Part shown: positions 60,730 through 64,000 of the stretch, in pieces | Layout: each line of letters begins with the position of its first letter | Position numbering within the stretch: the stretch's first letter is position 1 | From: a bacterium | Lineage (GTDB): Bacteria > Hydrothermota > UBA3073 > JACQXS01 > JAQTXJ01 | DNA length: 64,000 nt | Assembly (NCBI GenBank): GCA_028716385.1 | Contig: JAQUPX010000007.1 | Coordinates: 17,017 to 81,016 of the forward strand | Direction of reading: 5' to 3' | Program-made: the position numbers and the translations under genes | Notes under the pieces: generated by a model | The model's database searches: none | What the model saw: only the letters and a program-made list of their open reading frames with translations | Told to the model about the DNA's origin: nothing

Positions 60730-61485
60730 ATGCAGGATATACTAAAGAAATTACTTGAAGAAGTAAAGTCAGGCAAATTGTCCATAGATAAAGCAATGGA
60801 CAAACTAAAATCGCTTCCCTACGAGGATATTGATATAGCCAAAATAGACACCCACCGCGAACTGCGAACATCCTTACCCGAAGTAATTTTTTGCCAGGGG
60901 AAAACAATAGAACAAATAATTCTTATTGTAAAAAAAATAAAAGCAAATAAAACAGGAATAAATAGGATTATAGCTACCAGAGCAAATAAAGAAATCTATA
61001 AAGAAGTTAAGAAAATCGCCCCTGAAGTCGTCTGGTATGAACAAGCGCGAATAATCGCTTCCCCGTCTAAGAATAAAAACAAAACAGGCAATATTCTTGT
61101 AATAACTGCAGGAACTTCAGATATTCCCGTGGCAGAAGAGGCAGTAGTCATTGCGGAATTGATGGGGAATAAAGTTAATAAAGCTTATGACGTTGGAGTG
61201 GCCGGAATTCACAGGTTATTCAGTATAAAAGATAAATTGTTTGATGCAAACGTTATCGTCGCCGTTGCCGGTATGGAAGGCGCACTCGCAAGCATAGTCG
61301 GGGGACTTGTTGATGTCCCGGTTATAGCAGTTCCTACAAGTATAGGTTACGGAGCGAGTTTTAACGGGCTAGCCCCATTACTAACTATGCTTAATTGCTG
61401 CGCGCCGGGAGTTTCCGTTGTAAACATCGATAACGGTTTCGGTGCAGGTTATCTCGCCGGACTAATAAATAAAAAATCTAAATGA
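60730..61485 (+). CDS. larB: nickel-pincer cofactor biosynthesis protein LarB (PurE-like carboxylase/hydrolase)
   Basis: LarB-type N-terminal extension (ILKKLLEEVKSGKLSIDKAMDKL…) plus PurE-like core (ILVITAGTSDIPVAEEA…VAVAGMEGAL). Confidence 0.8.
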   Translation: MQDILKKLLEEVKSGKLSIDKAMDKLKSLPYEDIDIAKIDTHRELRTSLPEVIFCQGKTIEQIILIVKKIKANKTGINRIIATRANKEIYKEVKKIAPEVVWYEQARIIASPSKNKNKTGNILVITAGTSDIPVAEEAVVIAELMGNKVNKAYDVGVAGIHRLFSIKDKLFDANVIVAVAGMEGALASIVGGLVDVPVIAVPTSIGYGASFNGLAPLLTMLNCCAPGVSVVNIDNGFGAGYLAGLINKKSK

Positions 61486-62651
61486 AAATAGCTTATTTTG
61501 ACTGCTTTTCGGGAATAAGCGGGGATATGATTCTGGGCTCCCTTATAGACGCAGGATTGGATTTCAATAACTTAAAACAAGAACTTAACAAATTAAATAT
61601 AAAATATACACTTGCCCATTCCAAAACTACCCGTAACGGAATAAGCGGAACAAGTATAAACATAACCTCCCCGGGAAAAGATAAATCATATACTCCCGAA
61701 GAAATACTAAAAATAATCGGCAACAGCAAACTCTCTCCCGACATTAAATCCGTTTCCCAAAAAATATTTTCCAGACTGACTAACGCTGAACACACTATTC
61801 ATAACGGCGCATCCCATAAATCTTCGAAAAAAGTTCATTTGCATGAACTCGGAAGTGTTGATACGATTATTGACATTACGGGCGCTGTAATCGGGCTAAA
61901 CTTGTTAAAAATAGACGAGGTTTATTCTTCTCCCCTACCAATAACAAAAGGCTTTATCAAATGCGCACACGGAATATTACCGGTCCCGGCACCTGCAACA
62001 ATAGAACTTTTAAAAAATACTCCTCTTTACGGGAATAACATTTCTGCAGAATTAATCACGCCAACAGGCGCTGCTATTATCACGACAATAGCTAAAACTT
62101 TTGATAAACTTCCGGAAATGCAAATAAATAGTATAGGATACGGCGCAGGCAAACAAGAACTTGAAATACCAAACTTATTAAGAGTTTATATCGGGGATAC
62201 AAAAGAAAAATACAGGAAAGATACGGTTATCATTGTGGAAACAAATATTGATAATATGAATCCCGAATTGTATGAGTATGTTGCTGCAAAACTATTTAAA
62301 GCTGAAGCTCTGGATGTGTATCTTACTTCGATACAGATGAAAAAAAACAGACCGGGAACTATGATAAGCGTTATTACGGAAGAAAAAAATTTGCATAATA
62401 TATTAGAAATACTCTTTGCGGAAACAACTACGCTTGGCGTAAGAACTTATACAACATCAAGATTTAAGCTGCAAAGAGAAGAACAAACCATAAATACGAA
62501 ATACGGAAAAATTAAAGTCAAGATTGGCAAACTCGGGAACACCGTTAAAAATATTTCCCCGGAATACGAATCCTGTAAAATAATTGCAGAAAAACTTAAT
62601 ATCCCGCTGAAAACCATCTACGCAGAAGTGAACAAAGTTATAAAAAAGTAA
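61482..62651 (+). CDS. larC: nickel insertion protein LarC (DUF111 family)
   Basis: N-terminal MKIAYFDCFSGISGDMILGSLIDAG signature of the LarC/DUF111 family; overlaps larB by 4 bp. Confidence 0.85.
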   Translation: MKIAYFDCFSGISGDMILGSLIDAGLDFNNLKQELNKLNIKYTLAHSKTTRNGISGTSINITSPGKDKSYTPEEILKIIGNSKLSPDIKSVSQKIFSRLTNAEHTIHNGASHKSSKKVHLHELGSVDTIIDITGAVIGLNLLKIDEVYSSPLPITKGFIKCAHGILPVPAPATIELLKNTPLYGNNISAELITPTGAAIITTIAKTFDKLPEMQINSIGYGAGKQELEIPNLLRVYIGDTKEKYRKDTVIIVETNIDNMNPELYEYVAAKLFKAEALDVYLTSIQMKKNRPGTMISVITEEKNLHNILEILFAETTTLGVRTYTTSRFKLQREEQTINTKYGKIKVKIGKLGNTVKNISPEYESCKIIAEKLNIPLKTIYAEVNKVIKK

Positions 62652-63050
62652 CGGAAATTTTGGATGCAGAGAACAAAGAGAAAAACCAAAAACCTGCCAC
62701 AAAGACACAAAAACACAAAATAACACTAAACAAAAAAACAGAGAAATTTGCCACGGATGACGGATCCCAGCAGAGCTGGATAACAAACTCTAAGGGTTAT
62801 TACCCAAGAGTTTGTAAACGGATGGACACGGATAACAGAAAAACAAAAAGTCTTAGGGGAAGAAAAATGGGCAGAGAACAACAATAAATGCATTCCTCAA
62901 ATAAAAGACAGACAAGAATGTCTGTCCTACCACTAAAAAGACAATTCTACAAAGAAAAAATGAATACACACACCCTATGGCAAGCCACAGGGAATTACCA
63001 ACTTAAAAAATTTATTGACAGAATGAATTTTTAGTGGATTATTTGCGATA

Positions 63051-63476
63051 ATGGATGAAATAATAGGAAAGGTTAAAAGTAAGTTTGAGGGTGTAAAAAT
63101 AAAAGAAAATTCCCCCAGGCGAATTTACATTGAAATCAATAGGGAACGGGCAAAAGAGCTTGCCGAATATTTCTTCAAAGATGAAGGTATGAGATTCTCC
63201 ATTGCTACGGGTATGGATACGAGAAAAGGATTCGAAATCCTTTACCATTTTTCTTTAGACAGCACAGGAGTCGTATATTCTATAAGAGTCTATATACCAA
63301 AGGATGACCCTAAAATTGATTCGTTTGCAAATTTCTTACCCGCTACCGAATGGATAGAAAGGGAAATGCACGAGTTGCTTGGCATAGAATTTGAAGGACA
63401 TCCAAACTTGAAACCTCTGCTTACGGATGCAGATTTCCAGTGGGATAATAAACATCCGCTTAAAAAATACAAATAA
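63051..63476 (+). CDS. NuoC-like (complex I 30 kDa family) subunit of a group-4 [NiFe] hydrogenase or complex-I-like module
   Basis: C-terminal FLPATEWIEREMHELLGIEFEGHPNLKPLL matches the NuoC/HycE-N family signature; sits directly upstream of the hydrogenase large subunit. Confidence 0.65.
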   Translation: MDEIIGKVKSKFEGVKIKENSPRRIYIEINRERAKELAEYFFKDEGMRFSIATGMDTRKGFEILYHFSLDSTGVVYSIRVYIPKDDPKIDSFANFLPATEWIEREMHELLGIEFEGHPNLKPLLTDADFQWDNKHPLKKYK

Positions 63477-63477
63477 T

Positions 63478-64000
63478 ATGAAAACAATCATACCGATAGG
63501 ACCGTATCATCCTTTACAGGAAGAGCCCGAGTTATTCAAGCTCGAAGTAGAAGGCGAAAAAGTCGTAGGTCTTGAAATAAATCTCGGCTACAATCATCGC
63601 GGACACGAATGGCTTGCAGAAAAAAAGACTTATGACCAGGTCCCGTTTCTTGTCGAAAGGATATGCGGAATATGTTCAAACTCGCATCCACTCGCAGGCG
63701 TCCAGGCAATAGAAGACATCAATAACGTTGACATTCCTTTGCGCGCTAAATACATACGAACTGTAATCGCGGAATTAGAAAGACTTCATTCGCACTTTTT
63801 ATGGTGCGGGCTTGCAGGTCATTTTCTCGGATACAATACCGTATGGATGTGGTTCTGGAAATACCGTGAACCTATTCTTGATTTGCTTGAAAAAATTACA
63901 GGGAACAGAAACCATTACGGGATGATGAAAGTCGGTGGAGTCAGAAAAGACATAAGAGAAGAAGACATTCCCGAAATTGAAAAAGCGTTAAAATTGGTAG
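63478..64000 (+). CDS. group-4 (energy-converting, Ech/Mbh/Hyc-type) [NiFe] hydrogenase large subunit, 5-prime partial (runs off the window)
   Basis: MKTIIPIGPYHP…GYNHRGHE…ERICGICSNSH: NuoD-like fold with the N-terminal Ni-binding RxCGxC motif that distinguishes hydrogenase large subunits from NuoD. Confidence 0.75.
   Translation, partial: MKTIIPIGPYHPLQEEPELFKLEVEGEKVVGLEINLGYNHRGHEWLAEKKTYDQVPFLVERICGICSNSHPLAGVQAIEDINNVDIPLRAKYIRTVIAELERLHSHFLWCGLAGHFLGYNTVWMWFWKYREPILDLLEKITGNRNHYGMMKVGGVRKDIREEDIPEIEKALKLV

Overview
This 64 kb window looks like chromosomal DNA from a low-GC, probably uncultivated anaerobic bacterium. The gene content supports this: many secreted proteins carry T9SS-type C-terminal sorting domains, LarB/LarC sit beside a group-4 [NiFe] hydrogenase, and the division/cell-wall cluster is complete and classically ordered. 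Most genes are on the minus strand. Recognisable genes include an ABC-F ATPase, a heterodimeric ABC exporter pair, a TlpA-like thioredoxin, a LonC-like protease in an operon with a DnaQ-exonuclease-WYL fusion and a small Cys-rich protein, an orphan LivK-like binding protein, PilT, the dcw cluster (mraZ-rsmH-ftsL-ftsI-murE-murF-mraY-murD-ftsW-murG-murC-ftsA-ftsZ, with no ftsQ/ddl/murB), a T9SS cargo island (CAP-domain protein, beta-propeller proteins, C25-like peptidase), PspC/DUF4097, a DinG-like helicase, LigA, a TMTC-like TPR membrane protein, PyrG, a solitary L15 with a Lys/Pro/Glu tail, GIDE+LemA, LarB, LarC and the start of a group-4 [NiFe] hydrogenase. I found no rRNA, tRNA, CRISPR array, transposase or integrase. 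The most unusual property is in the non-coding DNA. Almost every intergenic region longer than about 250 bp is built from a mosaic of short repeated modules: a perfect 20-bp palindrome CCTGCCTGCCGGCAGGCAGG followed by GTGGCTAAA, CCTGCC-loop-GGCAGG and CCGCC-N4-GGCGG hairpins, a roughly 31-bp triple CGCAGAG element, and several 50-150 bp dispersed repeat families. Two perfect tandem duplications are present. In several places these modules extend in-frame into the 3-prime ends of genes (ftsL, rsmH, murG and a DUF1835-like gene). The best candidate for an undescribed functional module is the LonC-like / exonuclease-WYL / Cys-rich operon. All calls rest on reading motifs by eye and on family knowledge; no database search was possible.
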